A DNA stretch of 64,000 nt from an uncultured Pelagibacteraceae bacterium (GCA_902524545.1 CABZDW010000004.1:6988-70987); one strand, 5' to 3'; shown: positions 53,420 to 62,306, counted from the first letter of the stretch. The notes: a model not told the origin generated them from the sequence alone. Program-made: numbers and translations.

Positions 53420-54862
53420 TTATTTTTGATTTAAAGTAATTGTTTCGTTTAATTTTTTGATAGAAATTGTTTCGGTTTCACCATTTGTCCACTTAACCTG
53501 AATTTTTATATTTTTTTCATTTTCTCGAATTCCGTAGTGAGCCACTGGCTCCATTTGGCAAAGATAACCAGATCCAGAGTCAATTGTTTTAGAATGTTTT
53601 CTTAAATTTGAAATTAATGTCACTGTTGCTCCTCTTGCAGGCGCACCGTATTTATTTAAAGGTTTTATTCTTAAATATTTATTTTGAGGATTTACTTTTG
53701 CTTTATACATAGACAATGGCTGATCAAAACTTTCTCCGTGTGAAACTAACAACTCTAGAACACCGTCATTATCTATATCTGCAACTGCTGCTCCAGTTCC
53801 ATATCCATTTGGCTCTAAACCAACATCTAATGGTATTTGCTTAATCACACCATTATCTAATATTTTAAAAAGTTTATTAGGTTCACCAATGTTGTTCATG
53901 AAGACTTCATCATAACCATCATTATCTAAATCAGCTGAAATGACGGTTCTTATTCTTGATGGCTCATCAAAAGGTGGCTTGGCTATATCTTGAAAAATAT
54001 TATCCTTTAACACATAGGCCCTGTGAAATCCTCCCCAGTTTCCATTTAAAATGTCCAATCGTCCTCTATAATAAATATCAGACAAAGCAGTTCCTCTCCC
54101 ATTTTGAAGAAAATCTTCTACTCTATACTCGTTTGCAACGTCTAAAAATTTACCCTCATCGTTTTTATATAAAAAATTTGCTCCTCTTTCATTAGCTGCA
54201 AACACATCAATTTTATCAGAAATAATATGTCCAGCTACAACAGCTCGACCACCAGTGACCTTTGCAAGATTCAATTGAACAGATTTATCAACTATTATCT
54301 CATCGCTATATTCATAAAACCTTGTTGGTCCTCCATAATTAGCAACATAAACACCATAATTTCCATCGCCTTTTCTGTCGACACAGACAACTGATCTACC
54401 AGCAGTTAAATTAAGATCTCTTTGATTTTTTTCAATTTCAAATAAATCTACATACTTATCTTTTTTTAAATCGATAAGTCTATCTGAATATTTTTTTGTG
54501 CCACTATATGTATCAGTGTTAAGAAAATATATTTCTTCAAATCCATCTTTATCAATATCGCATGCAGCGACCCCAATAGTTCTCCTAAACTCATCTGTAA
54601 ATTTTTTTTGATTAACAATATTGACTAATTTTCCATTCTCATATGATAAAGCTAAATTCAAATAACCAAATCCAGTGACTACAAAGTCAAAATTTCCATC
54701 TTGGTTTACGTCCGTTACAGAAACTCCATAACTAAGTCTTTTTGGATTATCAACAATTTGGTTTGTAATATCCTCAAAAAAAGCAGCATATAGACTATTT
54801 GGGATTAATAGAAAAAATAAAACTGCTATTTTTTTTAAATATTTATTTATTTTAATTTTCAT
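53420..54862 (-). CDS. CRTAC1-like FG-GAP repeat / ASPIC-UnbV domain protein
   Basis: Signal peptide, repeated Ca-binding loops (DVNQDGNFD, DIDKDGFEE, DLDNDGYDE, DIDNDGVLE), C-terminal GSGYLCQMEPVAHYG. Confidence 0.88.
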   Translation of the reverse strand: MKIKINKYLKKIAVLFFLLIPNSLYAAFFEDITNQIVDNPKRLSYGVSVTDVNQDGNFDFVVTGFGYLNLALSYENGKLVNIVNQKKFTDEFRRTIGVAACDIDKDGFEEIYFLNTDTYSGTKKYSDRLIDLKKDKYVDLFEIEKNQRDLNLTAGRSVVCVDRKGDGNYGVYVANYGGPTRFYEYSDEIIVDKSVQLNLAKVTGGRAVVAGHIISDKIDVFAANERGANFLYKNDEGKFLDVANEYRVEDFLQNGRGTALSDIYYRGRLDILNGNWGGFHRAYVLKDNIFQDIAKPPFDEPSRIRTVISADLDNDGYDEVFMNNIGEPNKLFKILDNGVIKQIPLDVGLEPNGYGTGAAVADIDNDGVLELLVSHGESFDQPLSMYKAKVNPQNKYLRIKPLNKYGAPARGATVTLISNLRKHSKTIDSGSGYLCQMEPVAHYGIRENEKNIKIQVKWTNGETETISIKKLNETITLNQK

Positions 54863-55385
54863 TTTTTTTACTTTTATATTTTTTCATCCAATCACCAAAT
54901 ATTTTAATAGCATCCTCCATATCCCTAGTTTTGTTAGGATGGTTCTTTGCTCTACCTAGCATAGTTGCAATGACATTTACCTGATACTTAATTGAACGAT
55001 TTTTAATAGTGTTAATTGTGTAAAGAGCTTTTTTCCTGTTTTTAAATCCCAAACCTTGGGTAGTGGTTTTTGGATTGTAATCTGAATAAAGCGATAAATT
55101 TATAGGTCTAAATTTTTTACTTAGTGTCATGTTATCTATGATTTTAAAAGCTACTTTGTAGTTAAGGTTATCCATCTTCTTTTTAGATTTTCCATCAAAA
55201 CCAATTAAATTAATAGAAGATTTTTCCTTCTTATTAATTTTACAAATTAATTTTACATATCTTTTATGAAAATCTTTTATTTTAGCTTGATAAATTTTTT
55301 TCGCCTCTAGATAGGTTCTATCCTTATAATTTGGCGTAGAAACAAGTAAGATTCTAGTTTTCCATTTGTATTTTTCTAAGTTCAT
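54852..55385 (-). CDS. DUF4174-like N-terminal domain fused to a basic uncharacterised domain
   Basis: LEKYKWKTRILLV...LIGFDGKSK...IDNM, then LYSDYNPKTT.GLGFK...YQ..VI.TM..RAKNHP. Confidence 0.7.
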   Translation of the reverse strand: MNLEKYKWKTRILLVSTPNYKDRTYLEAKKIYQAKIKDFHKRYVKLICKINKKEKSSINLIGFDGKSKKKMDNLNYKVAFKIIDNMTLSKKFRPINLSLYSDYNPKTTTQGLGFKNRKKALYTINTIKNRSIKYQVNVIATMLGRAKNHPNKTRDMEDAIKIFGDWMKKYKSKKNEN

Positions 55386-55513
55386 ATTTTTTTGCTAGAA
55401 CATCTCTTTGAACAATACTTAACTCTTTCCCAATTTAACTTCCATTTTTTTCTCCATGTAAAAGGTTTTTTACAAATAATACAGATTTTAAAAGGAAGAT
55501 TTTCTTTTCTCAC
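55382..55513 (-). CDS. DUF2256 family zinc-ribbon-like protein (43 aa), not in ORF track
   Basis: Manual translation from GTG 55513: MRKENLPFKICIICKKPFTWRKKWKLNWERVKYCSKRCSSKKI*; TAGTG and ATGA overlaps with neighbours. Confidence 0.9.
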   Translation of the reverse strand: MRKENLPFKICIICKKPFTWRKKWKLNWERVKYCSKRCSSKKI

Positions 55514-57003
55514 TAAATTGTATTTTGTTTAATAAATTTTTCTGCAGCTGGAAGAATTAGTTTTTTTCTATCAGTTTTCATTTTATCAAAAATTCTAACC
55601 ATCATCGATAGTCTAGGATTTTTCAAAAAAAATTTTCTATTTCGATCAATAAATCTCCAATACAACCCATCCATTATGTTGCACCACTCTCCTTTTTTAA
55701 AATCCATCATTTTCATAAAATAAGCAGATCCACAGATATAAGGTTTGGTTGCAAATATTCCTCCATCACTAAACAGACCCATTCCGTAAACATTTGGCAC
55801 CATTACCCAATCAGAGGAGTCTACAAACATCTCCATAAACCACTTATAAACAACAGTTGGTTTTATCTCACATAGATTCATGATGTTGGATAAGATCATT
55901 AACCTTTCAATGTGATGAGACCAGCCATGATCAAGAGCATTTTTAATTGCATAATCTAGTGGTGGTAAACCAGTTGTTCCATCATACCAAGATTTTTTCA
56001 TTTTTCTATTTTGTTTAAAAAAATTTCCAGTTTCCATTTCATTAGAGTAACTCTGGTAAATCCCTCTCATAAATTCTCTCCAACCGATTACTTGACGTAT
56101 ATAACCTTCTAAAGAATTTAATTTAATTTTTTTACTTTTATGAAAATCGAGTATTTTTTTGATAATCAACTCAGGCGTTATCAATCCTAAATTTATATAA
56201 GGACTTAAAGCACTATGAAATAAGATATTATCCTTTTGATCAACTGCATCCTCATAATCACCGAATAAATTTGATTTTTCTTTAATAAAAAAATTTAAAA
56301 GTTTAATGACATCATTATATTCTGTTGCATGCCAAAAATTATCTGTTGTGCCAGGATGATTATTGAATAATTTTTCAATAATCGGTTTTAATTTTTTTGT
56401 GTGGTTTGTTTCATTAATTTTTGGAAATTTTGGAATAGAAATATTTTTAGGTAATTTATTTCTATTATCCTCATCAAAGCTCCATTTGCCTCCTATTGGG
56501 TTTCCATCTGAGCCCATTAATATTCCTGATTTTTTTCTGACATCCTTATAAAAGGTTGCCATAAAAGGTTTTTTTGATTTAGATAAATATTGTTTAAATT
56601 CTTCTCTTGAATTTAAAAACATTGGAGTTTGTATAACATTCCACTTTAGTTTTTCTTTTTTAATAAATTGATTTACTTTTTTTTCAAAAAATTTATCTTC
56701 AACTTCAAAACTTGAAATTTCTTTTATTTTTTTTGAAATTATAACTCTCTTTAATTTCTTTAAATAATCATCTTTAAATTCTTTATCTTCAATTTTAATA
56801 TATTCTAATTTAAATTTATCTTTTTTAAGACTTTCTGCATGTGATCGCATAGAAGATAAGAAAAGAAGTATCTTTTGTTTATGATGTTTTTCATAGGTAC
56901 ACAATTCGTAATCTTCAGCCATGAAAAATAGATGGTCTTTTTTGAAGCGATCTAAGTATTTTGATGGAAATAATTGGTTTCCCAGTATAAAGAATAAGTT
57001 CAT
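55513..57003 (-). CDS. Bacterial (6-4) photolyase / cryptochrome of the PhrB-CryB group, apparently without the Fe-S cluster
   Basis: ILGNQLF, HHKQKI, GGKWSFDEDNR, FGDYEDA, LFHSALSPYINLGL, IIGWRE-like VIGWREF, HHIERLM, DWVMVPNV, TKPY. Confidence 0.9.
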   Translation of the reverse strand: MNLFFILGNQLFPSKYLDRFKKDHLFFMAEDYELCTYEKHHKQKILLFLSSMRSHAESLKKDKFKLEYIKIEDKEFKDDYLKKLKRVIISKKIKEISSFEVEDKFFEKKVNQFIKKEKLKWNVIQTPMFLNSREEFKQYLSKSKKPFMATFYKDVRKKSGILMGSDGNPIGGKWSFDEDNRNKLPKNISIPKFPKINETNHTKKLKPIIEKLFNNHPGTTDNFWHATEYNDVIKLLNFFIKEKSNLFGDYEDAVDQKDNILFHSALSPYINLGLITPELIIKKILDFHKSKKIKLNSLEGYIRQVIGWREFMRGIYQSYSNEMETGNFFKQNRKMKKSWYDGTTGLPPLDYAIKNALDHGWSHHIERLMILSNIMNLCEIKPTVVYKWFMEMFVDSSDWVMVPNVYGMGLFSDGGIFATKPYICGSAYFMKMMDFKKGEWCNIMDGLYWRFIDRNRKFFLKNPRLSMMVRIFDKMKTDRKKLILPAAEKFIKQNTI

Positions 57004-57030
57004 AGCTAAATATAACTAATAAAATTTTTT

Positions 57031-57741
57031 ATGTCAGAAAAATATCTAATTTTTGGTGCGACAGGTTCAATCGGATCTAGCTTGGCCGAACAAATGGTAA
57101 ATTCCGGATTTAATATTCATTTGGTCGGAAGAAGCGAAACTGAAACAAAGGATATTTCTGAGAAATTAGGTTGTACTTTTACAATAGCCAATGTTTTAGA
57201 AAACGGGTTTATTGAAAAAGTTAAAAATGACATTACAGAAGTTAAAGGTGTTGCTTACTGTATAGGTTCTATAGACCTAAAACCTTTAAGAATGGTAACA
57301 GAAGAAGATTTTAATAAATGTATGAAATTAAATCTCTATTCAGCAGTTGAGGTCATTAAAGGTTATCAAGAAAGTTTAAAGAAAAATAAAGGATCAGTAG
57401 TACTATTTTCAACTGTAGCTGCTCAAAGAGGATTTACTAATCACGCAATAATAGCTTCTACAAAAGCGGCTGTTGAGGGATTGACAGTTTCATTAGCTGC
57501 AGAGTTTGCACCAAATATAAGAGTAAACTGTATTGCTCCAAGCTTAACGAATTCAAAAATTGCAGAACCAATGTTAAAAAATAAAGCTTTGGCAGATGGT
57601 ATAGCGAAAGCTCATCCTTTAAAAAGATTAGGTGAAGGAAAAGACTCAGCTGCTCTTGCAAAATTTCTAATTACCGATGATAGCTCATGGGTTACCGGTC
57701 AAATAATTGCTGTCGATGGTGGTAGATCCAAACTTTCTTAG
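57031..57741 (+). CDS. Short-chain dehydrogenase/reductase
   Basis: GATGSIG, FSTVA, IRVNCIAPSLT, WVTGQIIAVDGG; IASTK in place of YxxxK. Confidence 0.88.
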   Translation: MSEKYLIFGATGSIGSSLAEQMVNSGFNIHLVGRSETETKDISEKLGCTFTIANVLENGFIEKVKNDITEVKGVAYCIGSIDLKPLRMVTEEDFNKCMKLNLYSAVEVIKGYQESLKKNKGSVVLFSTVAAQRGFTNHAIIASTKAAVEGLTVSLAAEFAPNIRVNCIAPSLTNSKIAEPMLKNKALADGIAKAHPLKRLGEGKDSAALAKFLITDDSSWVTGQIIAVDGGRSKLS

Positions 57742-57742
57742 A

Positions 57743-57964
57743 ATGGATTTAGATTTTAAACATCTCAAGAAAATTAATTCTTCATGGTTAAAACATTTTT
57801 TATATGCAAGCTATTTTAATTTTTTAGCTCTTTTAATTTTTATTACTGGTGTAATACACAGTATTTTCCCGTGGATCTTTGTTTTCACACCTTACAAACT
57901 TGCAAAAAAAATAGTTGATGGAACAGAAAAACAGTTTGGCTCAGATAATAAAGAAAGGAATTGA
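57743..57964 (+). CDS. Small membrane protein (DUF6356-like)
   Basis: From ATG 57743: HLKKINSSWLKH...IHSIFPWIF, matching the HL...Y..H...IHA..PF.F pattern. Confidence 0.65.
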   Translation: MDLDFKHLKKINSSWLKHFLYASYFNFLALLIFITGVIHSIFPWIFVFTPYKLAKKIVDGTEKQFGSDNKERN

Positions 57965-58628
57965 ATTAAAATCTAGTGGTACAACTGGACCACAAAAAAA
58001 GATTTATCAGTCACCAGAAAAACTAAAAAGTGCAAATAAAATTGCACGAGAATGCCAAAAAATTTCTTCCAAAAGTAAAATTTATACTATTTGTAAGATG
58101 GAACATGCGGGTGGCCTACTAGCACAAACACTTCCTGCTTTTGAGGTTGGAGCAGAGATAAAAATTGAAAAGTTTAATGCTTTTAATTTTTGTAAAAAAA
58201 TAGGAAACTTTACACATACACACATTACTCCTGATCATGGCAAAGCCATATCTCTTACTAAAGCGTTCAAAAGTTTAGATCTAAATGGTATTTGGGTGAC
58301 ATGTGGTAGTGAGCCTGTGGAATGGGATTTAATAATTAATTTTGTCGAAAGAGGTTGTAACTTCATGGTAAATTGGGGTATGACGGAAATTGGTCCATGT
58401 GCGATTAATACAACATTTAAAAATACAGAAAAAGTTTTAGAATATAAAAAAAGATCAATCGAAGGAACTCTAATGGGAGACAATGTATATTGTGATACAA
58501 AACTTATAGATGATACACTCCATGTAAAAGGAGACATAAGTGTGTTCGGAAATAGTTGGTTTAATACTAAAGATAAAGTAAAAAAAAATAACAACAATGA
58601 ATTTTATATTCAAGGTAGAGTGGAGTAA
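57918..58628 (+). CDS. Truncated/minimal adenylate-forming (AMP-binding) protein
   Basis: SSGTTGPQK P-loop, HAGGL, WGMTE, WFNTKD, final GR; only ~236 aa. Confidence 0.72.
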   Translation: MEQKNSLAQIIKKGIELKSSGTTGPQKKIYQSPEKLKSANKIARECQKISSKSKIYTICKMEHAGGLLAQTLPAFEVGAEIKIEKFNAFNFCKKIGNFTHTHITPDHGKAISLTKAFKSLDLNGIWVTCGSEPVEWDLIINFVERGCNFMVNWGMTEIGPCAINTTFKNTEKVLEYKKRSIEGTLMGDNVYCDTKLIDDTLHVKGDISVFGNSWFNTKDKVKKNNNNEFYIQGRVE

Positions 58629-58630
58629 AA

Positions 58631-59695
58631 CTGAAAACTGTAATTAAAATAATTTTTTTTTTTATTATCAGCATTTCAGCTGTCCAATCTGATAACTTAA
58701 AATTTCAAAAATTAATCGATTTAAATGGCCCTTGGGGATCATCTTTTATTGACAATAATAAATTAATTATTTCAGAAAAGGGTGGAAAGATTAAATTTGT
58801 TGATCTCAATAAAAAGAAAATCTATGAAATTAAACATAATCTCAATTACTTACAACATGGTCAAGGAGGTTTGTTAGACATCCTCTTTAAGGATAATTTT
58901 ATATATATTTCTTACACAGAGAATAGAGGTAATGGAAAAACCAGTACTTCGGTAGCAAAAGCTAAGTTTAATAGACAAAATCTTTTATTTAAAAATATTT
59001 TTCAAGCAAATCCACCGATCGACTCTGGATATCACTTTGGATCCCGACTTGCGATAAAAGATAATTTTCTATTTATATCTGCTGGAGAGAGAGGTCAGGG
59101 AATGATTGCGCAAGATCCTACTAAACATCCTGGTAGTATTATTAAAATTAATGTTGATGGTAGTATTCCAAAAGATAATCCAAAATTTCTAGGTAAATCA
59201 GATTGGCTACCAGAAATTTATCAAATCGGAATTAGAAATCCTCAAGGTTTAACCTTATCTCCATTTGATGGAAAAATTTATATGAGTAATCATGGAGCAC
59301 GAGGGGGTGATTGGTTTGGTGAAGCCAAAAAAGGTGAAAATTACGGATGGAAGATTTTAGGATGGGGTGGGACAAACTATTCAGGCATTCCAATCGGGCC
59401 TAAATGGAAACCAGGATTTACAAAAGCAATACATTATTGGGTACCATCTATCGCAACAAGTGCGATAACAATCTATAAAGGTAAAGAATTTAATGAGTGG
59501 AATGGACATGCTCTGATCACTTCACTAAAAGATAAGTCTTTGAGAAAATTAATATTTGATGACGCTTCAAATGTGAAGGAAGATATAATTTTTAAGGATA
59601 AAATTGGAAGAATAAGAGATATTCAAGTACATCCAAGTAATGGGAAAATTTACTTTTTAGGTGCAGATGCTCTTTGGTTAATGGAGAAAAAGTAG
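58631..59695 (+). CDS. PQQ-dependent soluble sugar dehydrogenase (YliI/Asd family)
   Basis: Frame open from CTG 58631 through a signal peptide, PWG, SEKGG, GQGGLLD, HFGSRL, GIRNPQG, HGARGGD, NYGW, GRIRD. Confidence 0.88.
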   Translation: MKTVIKIIFFFIISISAVQSDNLKFQKLIDLNGPWGSSFIDNNKLIISEKGGKIKFVDLNKKKIYEIKHNLNYLQHGQGGLLDILFKDNFIYISYTENRGNGKTSTSVAKAKFNRQNLLFKNIFQANPPIDSGYHFGSRLAIKDNFLFISAGERGQGMIAQDPTKHPGSIIKINVDGSIPKDNPKFLGKSDWLPEIYQIGIRNPQGLTLSPFDGKIYMSNHGARGGDWFGEAKKGENYGWKILGWGGTNYSGIPIGPKWKPGFTKAIHYWVPSIATSAITIYKGKEFNEWNGHALITSLKDKSLRKLIFDDASNVKEDIIFKDKIGRIRDIQVHPSNGKIYFLGADALWLMEKK

Positions 59696-59752
59696 TTTTT
59701 TTAGATACAACTAAGTAATTAATTCTATTAAAACTTTGGTCTAAATAAATTT

Positions 59753-60649
59753 ATGAATTGGGTTATCTTTACAGTTTTAGCAGCTTTTTTTCAAAATTTA
59801 AGAACTTCGTTACAGAAAAGATTAAATAAAGATCTATCATTAGTTGCCTCAGCATATGTAAGGTTTGCTTTTGCTTTGCCATTTGCATTAATGGTATTTT
59901 TGCTCAATTTTCGTAGTTTTGATATTGTTCCGATCATATTAGATCAAAATAATTTTATTTACTACACTTTCCTAGGAGCAATTTTTCAGATCATATTCAC
60001 ATTACTTTTGTTGTATCTTTTCAAATTTTCAAATTTTGTTGTGGGAACGTCCTTAAGTAAAACAGAGGTAATACAAATAGCGATTTTCGAATATATTATA
60101 CTTAAAGATAAATTAAATTTATTTGGAATTATTGGAATAGTTGTCGCAACTATAGGTGTAATCGTTATAACAATTAAAGATGTAAAATTATTTTTCAAAA
60201 ATTTTTTTTCAAAAGTTACTCTTATTGGATTAACAACAGGTTTGATTTTAGGTTTGAGTGTTGTTTATTTCCGGGCTGCAGCATTATCACTTGAAAACTT
60301 TTCCTCAAATTTTGATAAGGCGATTACAACTTTATTTTTTGGTTTATTCATCCAAACTGCAGTGGTAACGACTTATCTTTTGGTTTTTGAAAAATCAGAA
60401 TTTAAAAAATTTTATCAAAATAAAGTTGAAATTTGTTTCACAGGATTAGCTGGTTTTTTAGCAACATTATCATGGTTTTTTGCTTTTACTTTAATTCAAG
60501 CTTCTTTTGTAAGAGCAGTTGGTCAAATCGAAATACTTTTTAGCTACGTGTCGTCAAAATATCTTTTTAAAGAAAAAATAACTTTTATCGAAATTATGGG
60601 TATTATAATATTTATTTCTGGAGCAACTTTATTGTTACTAACAAGGTAA
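59753..60649 (+). CDS. DMT/EamA family transporter
   Basis: AAFFQNLRTSLQK, NFVVGTSLSKTE, VRAVGQIE; ~10 TM. Confidence 0.85.
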   Translation: MNWVIFTVLAAFFQNLRTSLQKRLNKDLSLVASAYVRFAFALPFALMVFLLNFRSFDIVPIILDQNNFIYYTFLGAIFQIIFTLLLLYLFKFSNFVVGTSLSKTEVIQIAIFEYIILKDKLNLFGIIGIVVATIGVIVITIKDVKLFFKNFFSKVTLIGLTTGLILGLSVVYFRAAALSLENFSSNFDKAITTLFFGLFIQTAVVTTYLLVFEKSEFKKFYQNKVEICFTGLAGFLATLSWFFAFTLIQASFVRAVGQIEILFSYVSSKYLFKEKITFIEIMGIIIFISGATLLLLTR

Positions 60650-60650
60650 T

Positions 60651-60917
60651 TTAATTATTTAGTAATTTATTTTTAGCCTTTTCAAATTCTTCGTGAGTCA
60701 AAACTCCAGAATCTTTTAGTTTGTTAAGTTTTTCTAGCTCATCACTTAAAGACTGCTCATCACTAGGTTGATCATAGGAGATGTTGTCTTCATTATCATC
60801 CTTTACTTTTCGATTAGCTTCTTTAGCGCTAAAACCGCTCATAATTGCTGTGCCACCCAAGTATAAAACAAAAAGGAAAATCGGAATTACTAATCCAAAA
60901 AAAATTAATTTTTCCAT
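60651..60917 (-). CDS. Membrane-anchored SHOCT domain protein
   Basis: N-terminal TM, C-terminal ELEKLNKLKDSGVLTHEEFEKAKNKLL. Confidence 0.85.
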   Translation of the reverse strand: MEKLIFFGLVIPIFLFVLYLGGTAIMSGFSAKEANRKVKDDNEDNISYDQPSDEQSLSDELEKLNKLKDSGVLTHEEFEKAKNKLLNN

Positions 60918-60920
60918 AAT

Positions 60921-61130
60921 CTAATCATCATCCTCTTCTTCTTCTCGCCAATTTTTTTCATACATTAACCAAGCAGCATATATAACTGAAAATGTTCCAA
61001 CAATCATACCATAATCAAAACCCGTTTGTTGGTCATATAAGTACCACCCCAATTGGGTTGCTCCAATAGTTGGAACTGTTAGAATTAAGAATACTATTGC
61101 AATTCTATAAGGATATTTAGGTTTCTTCAC
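60921..61130 (-). CDS. Small two-TM protein with acidic tail
   Basis: Start taken at GTG 61130 (MKKPKYPYR) to avoid overlapping folD; ends WREEEEDDD. Confidence 0.65.
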   Translation of the reverse strand: MKKPKYPYRIAIVFLILTVPTIGATQLGWYLYDQQTGFDYGMIVGTFSVIYAAWLMYEKNWREEEEDDD

Positions 61131-61165
61131 ACCATAAAGTATCAAAAAATTAATAAGTTGTAACT

Positions 61166-62011
61166 TTAAAGTTGCGATCTTTTGAAACACTCTACGGTAT
61201 TTTTTAATAAACATGCGATCGTCATTGGGCCCACACCACCTGGAACTGGCGTTAAAGCTCTAGCACTTCTTGAAACTTCATCAAAAGCAACATCTCCAAC
61301 AATACCCTTATCTGTCTTATTGATACCAACATCAATTACTATTGCATCTTTTTTTACCCAGTCTCCCTTAACAAGTTCAGGTATGCCAACAGCTGCAACA
61401 AGAATATCTGCCTCTAAACATTCGGCTTTGAGATCTTTTGTTTTTGAGTGAGTGATTGTAACTGTACAATTTTCTTTCAAAAGAAGTTGGGTCATTGGTT
61501 TTCCATTTAAATTTGATCTCCCAACTATTACTGCTTTTTTTCCATTTAAATTTGGCTCAATTTTTTTAATTAGCAAATAACAACCTAACGGAGTACACGG
61601 AACAGAACTTTCATAGCCTGACGAAAGGTTTCCAACATTCATTGGATGAAATCCATCTACATCTTTAGATGGGTCAATAGCCTCTATGATCTTTTGTTTG
61701 TCTATGTGATTTGGTAAAGGTAACTGGACCAAAATACCTGAGACGCTGTCCTCCTTATTAAGCTCTTTTATTTTATCTAAGATAACTTTTTCTTCTACAG
61801 AGTCAGGATACTTAACCACTTCAGATTTTAATCCTACTTCTTTTGCTGATTTCTCTTTATTTCTTACATATATCTGGCTTGGTGTGAGGTCACCAATCAA
61901 TATAACTGTTAATTTTGGAACTTTGTTATATTTATTTTTCAATTCAATCACTTCTTTTCTAAGTTCTTCTCTTAATTCTGCTGCTGCTTTTTTTCCGTCT
62001 ATTAAAATCAT
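61166..62011 (-). CDS. folD: Methylenetetrahydrofolate dehydrogenase/cyclohydrolase
   Basis: YVRNK, VQLPLP, KDVDGFH, PCTP, TPVPGGVGPMT. Confidence 0.97.
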   Translation of the reverse strand: MILIDGKKAAAELREELRKEVIELKNKYNKVPKLTVILIGDLTPSQIYVRNKEKSAKEVGLKSEVVKYPDSVEEKVILDKIKELNKEDSVSGILVQLPLPNHIDKQKIIEAIDPSKDVDGFHPMNVGNLSSGYESSVPCTPLGCYLLIKKIEPNLNGKKAVIVGRSNLNGKPMTQLLLKENCTVTITHSKTKDLKAECLEADILVAAVGIPELVKGDWVKKDAIVIDVGINKTDKGIVGDVAFDEVSRSARALTPVPGGVGPMTIACLLKNTVECFKRSQL

Positions 62012-62015
62012 AAGT

Positions 62016-62306
62016 CTAAAATATTAAGGGCGCGATGTAGAGTTTCATACACATTTCTATAAACCAAATCAATAGGAGTAATATTATGGGCGAAATATCT
62101 AAAGATCCTAAATTTGGTAGAAAACGTCTTATTCTTATTAAAAATGGATCTGTTAGGCGATAAGTTAATTCTAAAATTGAGTAAACAAATCTATTTTGAG
62201 TATTAAGTATATTAAAAGCAATTAGCCAACTTATAATTACATTAGCAATAACTACATAAGAGTAGAGCTTCAAAATTTGTAGAGCTAAATAAAAAATAGC
62301 TATCAT
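62016..62306 (-). CDS. yggT: YggT family membrane protein
   Basis: SWLIAFNILN, LTDPFL.RIRRFLP, LDISPI. Confidence 0.9.
   Translation of the reverse strand: MIAIFYLALQILKLYSYVVIANVIISWLIAFNILNTQNRFVYSILELTYRLTDPFLIRIRRFLPNLGSLDISPIILLLLIWFIEMCMKLYIAPLIF

Noticed and set aside
58631-58870. Pseudogene or frameshift in the PQQ dehydrogenase 5' region
   Set aside because: Manual translation shows the frame is continuous through the T-run into the track ORF.
49946-60649. Prophage or integrative element
   Set aside because: No integrase, transposase, structural genes, tRNA or flanking direct repeats seen.
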